A stretch of DNA of 64,000 nt from Hormiphora californensis (Eukaryota > Animalia > Ctenophora). The notes beneath the pieces were generated by a model. The model had not been told where the DNA came from. It was given only the letters and a program-made list of their open reading frames with translations, and ran no database searches. Made by a program: the position numbers and the translations under genes. Positions 1-16,186 of this stretch are shown piece after piece (within the stretch, counting starts at the first letter, position 1; each line of letters starts with the position of its first letter). Where the stretch lies: NCBI GenBank assembly GCA_020137815.1, contig CM035361.1:2232001-2296000 (forward strand), read 5' to 3'.

Positions 1-79
<79 letters not shown>

Positions 80-460
80 ACTCCTGATGTTCAGCTGTGA
101 TGTTGTATAGGAGTGGAATACACATGCAACCGGGAAGTGTTGTACCCTATCCCAGTACAAAGCGCAGAGGAATTAACCAAAAATATCTCCACCTAGGCTC
201 ACCCACAGGGAGCTCTGCTCCTACTGCTCTCTCTTGCTTCTTCTCTCTAATCTCTCTCTCTTCCTCTTCCTCTCTCTTCTCGCTCTCTCTCTCTCCTCAT
301 TCTCTCGCTCTCTCTCCTCTCACTGCTGTCTGGTCGGTTCACGGTGAGGGGACCGCTCTCTCCCATCTCTATCTCAGACCTTAGCGCCGTCCCAGTAAGG
401 GGAGATTGGTGAGAGACAATATCTATTTGCGTATAAGGGGTACACAAGGGGAAGCCGAAG

Positions 461-2200
461 TGGTTCGGATCATATGAACAGCCCTTCTTGTGAAGTGGTG
501 TGACAACAGACTCCTTCCAGGGATAGACCCTGTTCCGCATACATTGGTTGAACAGGTGTGGGACCAGAGTAGTTATCATGTGATCGCCGCAAGCTTTGAT
601 AAACTCGTTAGCAATGCGGTCACATGATACCGCTTTGCCGTCTTCAATCTCTTGACTTCCCGTTTGACCTCTTCGAGTGTGACAGGGGAATTAAGTACAC
701 TTTCTAGATCCATTCTTAGATCGGCTAGCGTACTATTTTCTTTGGTGCTGCTATTCAGACCAGGGGGTCTAGTCTTACCGCTGTACAGGTTTCGGAAAAA
801 GCTGCAGAAATTTCTCATATCAAATGCGTCAAGAGAGCTGCGATTTTGGAGATTTTTCATTTTCTTAAGCTTGGCCCAGTTGATTGATCCATCATTAATT
901 TCTCTCGTCAAGCTTTCCAGGTACTCCCTCTTCTTCTGCTTGATCAGCCTTCTGTAGAAGCCTTTTGCGTCATATAGCTTTTCCCTGTTGATGCTTATCG
1001 GGGATATGGACGCTTTCTTACAGTGTTTGTCCACTTCACGTTTAGCTTGAGCACAGTGTTTGTCAAACCAGGGCTGCCTATGGCGGAAACGGGCCTTTTT
1101 ACCTCGTTTGAAGGTAGCAGCAGCAAAAGCACTGTTTGCAGAGTCAATAAAGACATGTACCAGGGAATCATTTAGACGGATAGTATCTTCCTTTGGTGGA
1201 GCAAGGAGTATTGCTAACGGTAGTAGCAGCATCAATTGATGCTTGATCGTTGATACGTTCTGAGTACGCCTGCATTGCTCCCTCTTTTCTAGACTTGAAT
1301 TTGACGGGTGCGTCCTCAAGGGGTTCCATAATGTCGCTGCAAGTGATTCGTGTTGCTCCGATATTCAGAGTAGCAAGACAGGGACGATGGTCAGAGAAGC
1401 TGTTAAGATCTAGTACTCTGAAGGAGGATATCAAATCTAGCAGTGAAGCCGAAACTGCAGTATAGTCTACTACACTGCATCCATTGTATTTGATACATGT
1501 TAGTTGGCCTCCTATGTCCCCAAGTGTATTTCCGTTGAGGAGCGTCATGTTAGTTTCTGCAAGGAGGTTAAGTAGTGAATTTCCTCGGGCGTTGGGCTGT
1601 AACTTGTCTTGAGTGGTCCGCAGAGCTGTGGATATTGGAGTCGAACCAGGTCGAGCGGTGTCGGTGTCAATTTCCACCAGGGGGTTATTGAGGTTCCCCG
1701 TTCTTGCATTAAAGTCGCCTGTAAGAAGCATGTCAGCAGCCTGGTTCTGAAGGAGTAGGTCGAGTAGAGCGTCTAGTGTTGAGCCGCCTGATCTTGTTCT
1801 GTTCTTTTTGTAGGAAGAGTTTTTCTGGGCTATCGTAGACATTCACGAGAAGTATCGGCACTGAGGAGCTTCCAGTCCAGAATTGAATGGCCAAAATGTC
1901 ATCGCATTCGTTCGGGACTTGAGCCACTTTCCAACGCTTACAGAGGTCCCGTTCGACGCCAATGCATATACCACCGGATTTAGAGTTTGGCCTTAGCTTG
2001 TTGAAACACCGATAGCCTGAAAGTGACACATTGCCCTTAGTTTCTTGAAGGCAGAATATTCCTGACCTTCGCAGGATTCCCCCGAACTGGTTGTCATCTG
2101 TTTTGTCACCAGAGCTCGAGTTGAGGCTCTGTATATTCCATTGGAGGATGTTAAGGTTCCGGAACTGGGGTGGTAGGCTTCGTCTAGGTCTACTCGTCAT
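461..2200 (-). pseudogene. LINE ORF2 (APE endonuclease plus start of reverse transcriptase), frameshifted and truncated
   Basis: Motifs LNILQWNIQSL, FCLQET, LLVNVYDSP, TGDFNARTG, CSVVDY, SDHRP, PWFDKHC and WKESVVTPLHKKG lie across four ORF pieces. Frameshifts near 1820, 1190 and 635 may be real or sequencing indels. Confidence 0.88.
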
Positions 2201-5200
2201 TTAGTGAGTTATTCGTTTGATTATCAGCCACCGCAACTGGGTCTACCTGGGTATTCGGCTGAATGTCTCGGTCCTGCTGGTCATTCGGTTGGGTGGCTCT
2301 GGGGTCGTCCATGGCTGTGTTTCGTCGGTATGTTTCTCTACCGTTGGAGGCTTGGGACTCATTCTGGGAATGCTTAACACGGGGTTGGAGAAGACCAGAC
2401 ATGCGGTCCATTGCATCTTTAAGCTTTAGCCAGAGTTTGTTACGAGCTGGAGCAGCTATGATTTTGATGTGTGGTTCATTGGTTACAACCCTTGCCGCAG
2501 GTGTTAGCATGGGCTTTGCGCAAGTGTACACTTTCATTCTCATTCCGTTCGGGGGCGACCTTCTCCAGTATGTTATCTGGTCGGATAGGGCCTGGTTAAA
2601 CTGAGTGAGCTTATCCACAAAGCCGATGTGATCTACCGAGTGTGGAACGATTGGAAGAGACATACAGGTGTGCATGGATCCTGCTAGACAGGTGATGATA
2701 ACTTTGGCATCATGTAATGCGTTGTTTACCGACCGACCGTCGTGGATGTCTTTGGTACCAAGGTGTACAACAACTGCATAGGCATTGATGCCTTGGATCC
2801 GCCGAAGTAAAGCTTCATCAGTAGCTAATTTTCGAAGAGAAAGGCATCGAATCACCTCTACTTCATACCGGTTGGCAAACATAGATCGTTCGAAGTTTTC
2901 GTAAATCCCGTCATGAAGAACTACCACTTTCCTTCTTGCTGCAGAGTTGTTGCGGATTGGTGTTTCTTGATTGGGGGCTTCACGAATAGGGACACTATTT
3001 GCCGGGGGGCGACGGGGAGCGTACTGTGGTTGGGGAAGATATCTGGAGGTTGTAGAGCTGTAGGAGGGCCGATTTAGCACTTTTGGAGTTACCACCGCCG
3101 GAGCTGGAGCAGCCTCCTGATCGCCGGTTTGCTCAGGGGCTGGCGTGCTTGTCAAGCGCTTCAACTCGTCCTCGAGTTTCTTTATCATAGCACCCTGGCT
3201 CTCACAAAGTTGTTGCGTACTGAGAGCCATCTTCTGGAGGGAATCAATCCGAGAAAGCATTGATTGGAATTCGTCCGCCATTGATTTCCGTAGATTTTCA
3301 ACTCCAGATGAGGGTTTCGATCCTTTACGTGGCTCTTCGTCCAATAGTAGTTCAAGACAGTGGTTGTTTTTGTCCATGTCAGACCTAAGGTCGAGGATAC
3401 TTCTCTCGAGAAGAAATAGTTGATTTTCATTTGTGCCGGTGGGACTGGTTGGACTGGCCGATACAGGTGGGACTCTTTCTTGGAGGATCTCTTCTTCGGC
3501 TATCGGGTCAAGTCCAGGTAGGGGCTCAAGGGTGGGTGGGGGTTTCGGTTCACCCTCTTGTTCGCTCTCGCTGGTGGATTGATTGCTTTCCCGTTCATCT
3601 TCGAACGTTTTGCTTGAGCCGGAAGGCTTTGGCTTCTTTTTTCGTTTTGGCCTTGCCTGCTTTTTTGAGGCCGGTGGAAGGACTTTCTGTGCCGGTCTCA
3701 TTAGCCAGTGATTTTCCAGGATTTTTCTGCGATCAAATAGTAAGACTCGGCGGTTGAATTTCACATTGTGAGAATCGAGCAACGTGTTGACTAGATTACT
3801 ATTGAGTTTCTTTACAACTTCGACTGCAAGCATCTCCAAAAGTGGGGCCTTTCCGTCATAGATCAACTGGAATTTATTCAATAGCTGAGACTTGGTTATC
3901 GACGGGTCAGCTTGGTTAGCAGTTGAAACTCCACATGCGGTCGCAAGTACTTTGAGATCAGGAGCCTTAGCTTTGTCCAAGATCTGTCTACTGATGTCAG
4001 CGGGTAAAAACAGACCTGCTGTTCTCACGTTTTGGGGTAGGTTAGCTGTACTAGTGGATAGAAAACCGGTGTGTTTAACAATTCCAGGTTCAGATGACTC
4101 GTGAGGTATATTAGAGTCTTGGGGGTCTGAGGTCTCTTTGGGGGGTTCATGATGAGATTTTTCGTCGGAAGGTTTAGAGGCATCATGAACTTCAATCTGG
4201 GGGATACTGCCTATTGGGTGGTCATTGGCTTCAAGCGTGGCAGGTTTGATTGGGTGGTCATCGACTTTAACCTGGAGGGTGCTGTCGGAGTTATCTCGGG
4301 TGTTCTCAGAGGGGTCTGCGTGGGGTTCAAGAAGAACTTTTTCACCAGGGGATTTACTAACTTTAGCCTGGGAGGTGCTGATTGGGTGGTCATTGTCTTC
4401 AACCGTGGTGACTCTGGTTTGGTGATCATCGACCTCAATCTGGGCGATGCTGTCAGAGTTATCTCGGGTGTTCTCAGAGTCCGAGATGTCTCTGTGGGGT
4501 TCAAGATGGACTTTTTCATCAGGGGATTTACTAACTTCAGCCTGGGAGGTGCTGATTAGGCGATCCGGGGGATTCGCAACCAGGTTGGGTTCCAAAATAC
4601 CAGTTTGGTGGTGGGTTACCGGGTCTGGTGAATGGATACTTTTAGTGGTGCAATCCGGGGTCTCAGTAGTAGCTTCAGGATTCGCTAATGGGGCCGGTAG
4701 GGGCCTTATGGACGCTGAAGTTGGAGAGGTGAGATGCTCACCCACCTTAACCGGAAATACCTGGAGTGGGGATGGGTCACCTTGACCAAGGTTGGTCACC
4801 CTATAGGTGGAGAAGGTACTACCTGAAGTCATACCGGGAGGAATGTACACAGCTGCAAGGGCACCTAGTGGCACTTCTAGGATAAGATTGTGTGCCTTAC
4901 TGGACTTAGTCTTGGGGAAAATTTGGAGCGTATCGGAACCTCCAAGTTGAAGCAGACAGAAAGCAGCGGTTTCAGGCTGTTCAATTGATGGGGGGTCATT
5001 GGATGTTGCAGATACTATTCGCAGCGCATTCCAACCTGGGCTGGGGCCACCGAAGACAGAAATGTGGTGATCATTGAGTGCAGATAGAAGTGAGGCATAC
5101 TCTGCATTAGATTTGCCTTCGACTAATGAGTCACATACACATGAGTGTTTGTTACTGCAAGAGTGGCTAATTTCTTTCGTAAGGGTTGCTTTGAGAGTTC

Positions 5201-5675
5201 TCACATCGACGTTTGGAGGGAGCTCCTTGGCAAGATAAAGGACGAGCGAGGAGTTTTCCGGGTGCACAACTAGACCGGGGGACTTAACGTGGACACATTT
5301 GTATTTGCCAGCGTGAGACACCGATTGTAGCGATCTTTCGGTGGGGACCGAGGGTTCTGAGAGTGTTCTCCGTCTTTCTTGCACTATCGGGGATTCAGCG
5401 GACAAATGGAGTTTGCCAAGTCTCGTGGACTTGTGCGATCCGTAAGGTGAGGCCCTGTGTGACTTTTGATGAGACTTGTGCGGAACCCTAACAACAAATG
5501 ATGTTTCCGAGGTGACTGGATTATCGAGTATTGAGAGGTCAGAGATGTTAACGTCCGATATTTCCAGTAAATTGTTGTTACTTGAGAGCTCCTGAGTTGA
5601 ATCCGTGCGGCCTGTCGCCAGGCTCAGTGCAGGTAAAAAGAAGCTGTTTAGTGTACTCGAGAATGGGAAGCTCAT
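2190..5675 (-). CDS. LINE ORF1 protein (about 1160 aa) with internal repeats, basic NLS, coiled coil and a C-terminal SGNH/GDSL esterase-like domain
   Basis: Uninterrupted ORF with ATG at 5675 in a GCCACCATG context. KKQARPKRKKKPK basic patch. Heptad region about 3150-3430. C-terminal KVVVLHDG...VVVHLGTKD...FNQAL resembles the esterase domain of CR1/L2 ORF1s. Confidence 0.8.
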   Translation of the reverse strand: MSFPFSSTLNSFFLPALSLATGRTDSTQELSSNNNLLEISDVNISDLSILDNPVTSETSFVVRVPHKSHQKSHRASPYGSHKSTRLGKLHLSAESPIVQERRRTLSEPSVPTERSLQSVSHAGKYKCVHVKSPGLVVHPENSSLVLYLAKELPPNVDVRTLKATLTKEISHSCSNKHSCVCDSLVEGKSNAEYASLLSALNDHHISVFGGPSPGWNALRIVSATSNDPPSIEQPETAAFCLLQLGGSDTLQIFPKTKSSKAHNLILEVPLGALAAVYIPPGMTSGSTFSTYRVTNLGQGDPSPLQVFPVKVGEHLTSPTSASIRPLPAPLANPEATTETPDCTTKSIHSPDPVTHHQTGILEPNLVANPPDRLISTSQAEVSKSPDEKVHLEPHRDISDSENTRDNSDSIAQIEVDDHQTRVTTVEDNDHPISTSQAKVSKSPGEKVLLEPHADPSENTRDNSDSTLQVKVDDHPIKPATLEANDHPIGSIPQIEVHDASKPSDEKSHHEPPKETSDPQDSNIPHESSEPGIVKHTGFLSTSTANLPQNVRTAGLFLPADISRQILDKAKAPDLKVLATACGVSTANQADPSITKSQLLNKFQLIYDGKAPLLEMLAVEVVKKLNSNLVNTLLDSHNVKFNRRVLLFDRRKILENHWLMRPAQKVLPPASKKQARPKRKKKPKPSGSSKTFEDERESNQSTSESEQEGEPKPPPTLEPLPGLDPIAEEEILQERVPPVSASPTSPTGTNENQLFLLERSILDLRSDMDKNNHCLELLLDEEPRKGSKPSSGVENLRKSMADEFQSMLSRIDSLQKMALSTQQLCESQGAMIKKLEDELKRLTSTPAPEQTGDQEAAPAPAVVTPKVLNRPSYSSTTSRYLPQPQYAPRRPPANSVPIREAPNQETPIRNNSAARRKVVVLHDGIYENFERSMFANRYEVEVIRCLSLRKLATDEALLRRIQGINAYAVVVHLGTKDIHDGRSVNNALHDAKVIITCLAGSMHTCMSLPIVPHSVDHIGFVDKLTQFNQALSDQITYWRRSPPNGMRMKVYTCAKPMLTPAARVVTNEPHIKIIAAPARNKLWLKLKDAMDRMSGLLQPRVKHSQNESQASNGRETYRRNTAMDDPRATQPNDQQDRDIQPNTQVDPVAVADNQTNNSLNDE

Positions 5676-6166
5676 GGTGGCATTCACCAAGGTCGCTTAG
5701 CAGTGGGTATAGATTGTGCGGATTACTAAGCTAAGATCTATAAAAAAAACTTAGACACACACAAACAAACACTACCGTACGCACAGTCCTTCAAGTTTTA
5801 CCCACGGCTCGTTTCTTCGTCTCTCACACCGTCTGTTCCTTCTCTCTTTGTCCACCGGAGCCCGTCCCTGTGGGAGGGGTCGGTGTTGAGAAGGAGGAAG
5901 TTCGATACAATGGGATGTATCAAGGGAAGGTGGGGAACTAAATTGGGTTCCCAAACGTACCAAAGGGTATGAGAGATGTCAGGGAACTTCTTCTTTAGTT
6001 CATGCGGGCCTGCCCTTAGGGGCTGTTTCAACATTCTACCTGTAACATCTCAAATTAATTTGTTTAAAGTAGTGTTGAAAAGTTTGAAACTAGCGTGATG
6101 AGATCCCCCATATAGAGTGGTAAAATAGACAAAGACGTGACGACAGAGAAATTGAGATAAAAATGA

Positions 6167-6202
<36 letters not shown>

Positions 6203-6265
6203 GGACAGAGAGGTAGGACTAAGAGGAAACTGAGAAGTGAGAGACATGAAAACCGATCAGTTTAT

Positions 6266-6295
6266 GCCATCCGTAGGATGGCCTGGGTCCACTAG
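6266..6295 (+). mobile_element. Helitron-like 3' terminus
   Basis: Hairpin GCCATCC-GTA-GGATGGC followed 9 nt later by CTAG|T. The 5' end was not identified. Confidence 0.4.
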
Positions 6296-6297
6296 TT

Positions 6298-6875
6298 CAT
6301 AAATATGCGAATAACGACTAAACGGTGAGAGATACGACTTTTTGTCAGGGGGACGACCCCCCATAAATCGACTATTCTGCACCGGAATATGTCCATGAAA
6401 ACGTTCTAGGACCATCCGAAGTGGAAATATTACGAATATGCATTAAATCATGAATCGGTGCATAAATATGCAAATAACGGCTTAACGGTGCGAGATAGAG
6501 ATTTTTGTCCCGAGTAAGACCCCCCATAAATCGACTATTTTGCGTCGAAATATGTCCATGAAAACGTTCTAGGACCAGCTGAACTGGAAATATTCAGAAT
6601 ATGCATTAAATTATGAATCGGTGCATAAATATATGCAAATAACGGCTAAACGGTGCGAGATACGACTTTTTGTCCGGGGGACGACCCCCCATAAATCGAC
6701 TATTTTGCGTCGAAATATGTCCATGAAAACGTTCTAAGACCAGGCGAAGTAAAAATATTGAAAATATGCATAAAATCGTGAATAGGTGCATAAATATGCA
6801 AATGACGGCTTAACGGTGCGAGATAGAGATTTTTGTCCCGAGTAAGACCCCCCATAAACCGACTATTCCGCGTCG
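6298..6875. repeat. Tandem repeat, about 163-bp unit, about 3.5 copies
   Basis: The unit starting cataaatatg recurs at about 6298, 6461, 6624 and 6789. Confidence 0.85.
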
Positions 6876-6971
6876 AACAAGACAGGTTTCAAGTCTTTAT
6901 GACCTTCCAGTCGTGTCATATCGCAACCATGGTTAAAATGAATATTTAATGACTAATTAATGAATAATTAA

Positions 6972-8274
6972 GGGTACACCTGGCGTTTTTCATCATCGAG
7001 TGCCCAACCAAATGACTTCACCAGGGTTTAGGTCATACAAAATGGACCTCAAATATGCAATTTTAGCCCTAAAGTCGAATTCATATTTTTGCTACAGCCT
7101 ATTTTCAAAGTGGCGTTTTTTCAATTTTTGTTGGAATTTTTAACCTCAGGACCACTTTTTTTGAGATAAAAACATTAAATTCTTGGAATTTGAAGAGAAT
7201 ATAAAGGTGAATAAGCCCAAAGAAGGATTTTTGAAATGGAGCTTATTTCTGGCCATGAGAACGGTTTACTTTTTTGCTTCTTTGACACGCTGGCTGAGAA
7301 TGTTCCCATGCTTCATTAGAGATAAAAATCGGGAAATAGTTGCTCAAAACGATTATCTATGTGGCCCAAAAATTTTGGAACTTTCCCGCCAAAGATGTGG
7401 TGTACAGAGCTTGTTTTGTGAAACCCGTCTTTTTGAAAAAGAGGGAAATTCCCTGTATCTCAAAAACGGATGATCGTAGAGACCTGCGACCAAGCTTAAT
7501 CGATTCAGAAGGTCCGATTTTGGGGGGGTCTTCTGAGAGACATTTTGCTCCTACTCCAACCGTTTTTGCTGTAATTGCGAAAAAGGTATCAGCAAGTAAG
7601 GGGGAAATCAGCCCGTAGCAGGCTACTGGAATAGAGTTGTTCCCCCTTTTCATAGAATTGGTTTTTTGCAATTACAGCAAAAACGGTTGGAGTAGGAGCA
7701 AAATGTCTCTCAGAAGACCCCCCCAAAATCGGACCTTCTGAATCGATTAAGCTTGGTCGCAGGTCTCTACGATCATCCGTTTTTGAGATACAGGGAATTT
7801 CCCTCTTTTTCAAAAAGACGGGTTTCACAAAACAAGCTCTGTACACCACATCTTTGGCGGGAAAGTTCCAAAATTTTTGGGCCACATAGATAATCGTTTT
7901 GAGCAACTATTTCCCGATTTTCATCTTTAATGAAGCATGGGAACATTCTCAGCCAGCGTGTCAAAGAAGCAAAAAAGTAAACCGTTCTCATGGCTAGAAA
8001 TAAGCTCCATTTCAAAAATCCTTCTTTGGGCTTATTCACCTTTATATTCTCTTCAAATTCCAAGAATTTAATGTTTCTATCTCAAAAAAAGTGGTCCTGA
8101 GGTTAAAAATTCCAACAAAAATTGAAAAAACGCCACTTAGAAAATAGGCTGTAGCAAAAATATGAATTCGACTTTAGGGCTAAAATTGCATATTTGAGGT
8201 CCATTTTGTATGACCTAAACCCTGGTGAAGTCATTTGGTTGGGCACTCGATGATGAAAAACGCCAGGTGTACCC
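6972..8274. mobile_element. Kolobok-like non-autonomous foldback DNA transposon, copy 1 (1303 bp)
   Basis: TTAA|GGGTACACC...GGTGTACCC|TTAA. Near-perfect inverted arms of about 610 bp and a spacer of about 80 bp. TTAA target duplication with purine (GG) ends fits Kolobok better than piggyBac. Confidence 0.85.
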
Positions 8275-8399
8275 TTAATGAACTATGGCGATTTCGAAGT
8301 TCTCACACAGCTATTACCGAGCGCAATGATGTAAGGAACCACTGCTCCAAACGGCAAGTCTCTACTATTTGTGGTTTAGGAGAACACTCAAAGATAAAA

Positions 8400-13441
<5,042 letters not shown>

Positions 13442-13541
13442 NNNNNNNNNNNNNNNNNNNNNNNNNNNNNNNNNNNNNNNNNNNNNNNNNNNNNNNNNNN
13501 NNNNNNNNNNNNNNNNNNNNNNNNNNNNNNNNNNNNNNNNN
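13442..13541. other. Assembly gap (100 N)
   Basis: Run of n characters. Confidence 0.99.
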
Positions 13542-14808
13542 TGAAGAGGAAAGGAAGAGAACTGAATATATGATGAGGGGGGGTTTAATTTGTTAAGTTA
13601 TTATAAAGAAAAAGAAAGCAAACATCAGAGTGATGTTATACCCTCATATGATTGACGGGGGGCGAGTTATTTTTATCTATTTATTGCTATTTGAGTTATC
13701 CACCCCCTTTGACCCCTTAATTGACATAATTTGTCGGTATATAATGCACACAGGAAATAATTAACATAACTTAGAAAGTTGTTTTTCCATTACTTTCCAC
13801 ACCTTTGATACCCACTTTCCTGAGTTGAGGTACTTTTTGGCCCACTTTTAAGTAGAACAAGAGTGGAAAAAGCTCTGTCTAATTAGCTGATTAACACAAT
13901 GTTTTACAGTGATGGAGAAGTTAAATTATAATTCTTACACAGGCATAATGATACACTAGAAGTTATTAAAGAATTGATTATTTTAACATTTGGCGTAAAA
14001 GGGTGTGTTTGTGTGTGTGTTCGTGTTTTTGTCAGACTTTTTAATCACAGAAGCGGAAAGGGTTTATATTATTATTTTTATTTTTAAGTTTCATACACAA
14101 CATGATGACGAAAAAACTATTATTAATATATTTATATTTTTATTATTCTCTTACATAAAGTATTATATTGACACTGGCTAAAATATAGGATGATGATTCC
14201 ATTTCAGACTGAGCACTGCTCACAGCCGACATAGTGAGATCTTTACTTTTATTAAAGAGAGTAAAAGAGAGATTGTTACTGTAACTAAGGGGAGAGCTGC
14301 TCAGCTAACGTTGTGACGTCATCGCGTGTTTGTGACGTCACTTTGTTGGATCTGATTCTTAGGAGATGTTTTTATATTTTTTATCCTTTCTATACTTCCT
14401 TCAATCACGTGATAAATGGAAGAGAGACACGAGAAAGAGAGAGACATTGGAGGAAAATGCTTGAGTTGTTCAGACACCCATTTACCGGGATGAAAGGGTT
14501 TTCCCCGGTATACAGGGGTCCAACTATACAGCGTGAACGAGAGGTTGCAAGGGGCAAGACGTGATATATATCTTGCTTTTGTACGAGAAGTAGTGAAACA
14601 GAGATACAGCCCCGATCATGGAACAGAGAGGGGATCTCTTTTTTAAAATGTTTAACATTTAATGATTTTATACTTTGTAAAAAACACGTGCTTTTGACTT
14701 TGTAAAATCTTGATGACCCAGCAGGACCCTCTGAGATGGAGCTTTCCTTCCCATGAGATCACCAGCCAGCAGGACAGTCTGAACATGAACAACCGGGGGA
14801 GGGGGGTC

Positions 14809-15552
14809 CATGTCTTTCTGTTCATGTCCCCTACTTTCTGTTCATGTCCCCTACTTTCTGTTCATGACCCCTACTTTCTGTTCATGTCCCCTACTTTGTG
14901 TTCATGTCCCCTACTTTCTGTTCATGTCCCCTATTTTCTGTTAATGTCCCCTACTTTCTGTTCATGTCCCCTATTTTCTGTTAATGTCCCTTACTTTCTT
15001 TTCATGACCCCTACTTTCTGTTCATGTCACCTACTTTCTGTTAATGTCACCTACTTTCTGTTCATGTCTTTGTGTTCATGTCCCCTACTTTCTGTTCATG
15101 TCCCCTACTTTCTGTTCATGTCCCCTACTTTCTGTTCATGTCCCCTACTTTCTGTTCATGTCCCCTACTTTCTGTTCATGTCACCTAATTTCTGTTCATG
15201 TCCCCTACATTCTGTCCATGTCCCCTACTTTCTGTTCATGTCACCTACTTTCTGTTCATGTCACCTACTTTCTGTTCGTGTCACCTACTTTCTGTTCATG
15301 TCACCTACTTTCTGTTCATGTCCCCTACTTTCTGTTCATGTCACCTATTTTCTGTTCATGTCCCCTACTTTCTGTTCATGTCCCCTACTTTCTGTTCATG
15401 TCCCCTACTTTCTGTTCATGTCCTCTAAACTTTCTGTCCATGTCACCTACTTTCTGTTCATGTCCCCTACTTTCTGTTCATGTCCCCTACTTTCTGTTCA
15501 TGTCCCCTACTTTCTGTTCATGTCACCTATACTTTCTGTTCATGACCCCTAG
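14809..15552. repeat. 20-bp minisatellite (CATGTCCCCTACTTTCTGTT)n, about 37 copies
   Basis: Head-to-tail units with no spacers. Confidence 0.95.
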
Positions 15553-16186
15553 ACCTTCCGTTCACAGGGGTGGCTCAACCGGGGGGGTGGGGTCTGAGAA
15601 TACTGCCAAAACATGTCTCATTCATTGCATCACAAGATGAGGGTTGTTTTACTCATGCTGCTTTAAAAAACGTGAGTCGTGAGACAATCCTAACAAAACA
15701 ATTTGTTAATTAATCCAATAACGGCATGTATAAACACGCAGCCTTAGACAGTCTCGTGGCTTGAGGTCAAGCTGTGTTAGTTGTTTAGTTGTACATATTA
15801 TATTATAGGCTAGATGCGTCATATACTACATAATAATATACTTCATTAATTACAATCATGAATTTCTTGAGAAATGTTTTGCAAGTATGAGTCTCTCCTC
15901 TTACAAAACACAATTTTTTCCCTGCCCGGGTGAATGCCGAAGGCATTCACCCGGATGCCTTTTTACTTTGTAAAAAGGCATAGCAGGGTTAGAATTCGAA
16001 AACGACATTTTGGTATACTAACTAATCGGTAGAGGGACATTTTTTGGTCACACTTTCGTTGCGAGGGCAACGGTGTAGCAACTAGAGCCGCGCGCACAGT
16101 GACGAGCTACTCCTTCATCAAACACCTCATTGACACAGTTTGATGGACGTGTGTGCGCGCGCCACTCAACAAAACATGAAATGCTC

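Larger units (their letters stand above)
461..5760 (-). mobile_element. Non-LTR retrotransposon (CR1/L2-group LINE), 5' end intact, truncated at the start of the RT domain
   Basis: ORF1 is followed by an overlapping ORF2 with APE endonuclease motifs and the start of RT (WKESVVTPLHKKG...DPNH). Similarity stops abruptly at about 461. The 5' boundary is approximate. Confidence 0.88.

Noticed and set aside
7183-8063. Mirror-image ORFs (MEFEENIK..., MLKTIIYV...) here and at 57722-58602
   Set aside because: They are by-products of the palindromic arms and show no transposase motifs.
14710-15640. Cys/Phe-rich repeat ORFs up to 280 aa
   Set aside because: They arise from a stop-free 20-bp minisatellite open in several frames, with no sign of a real gene.
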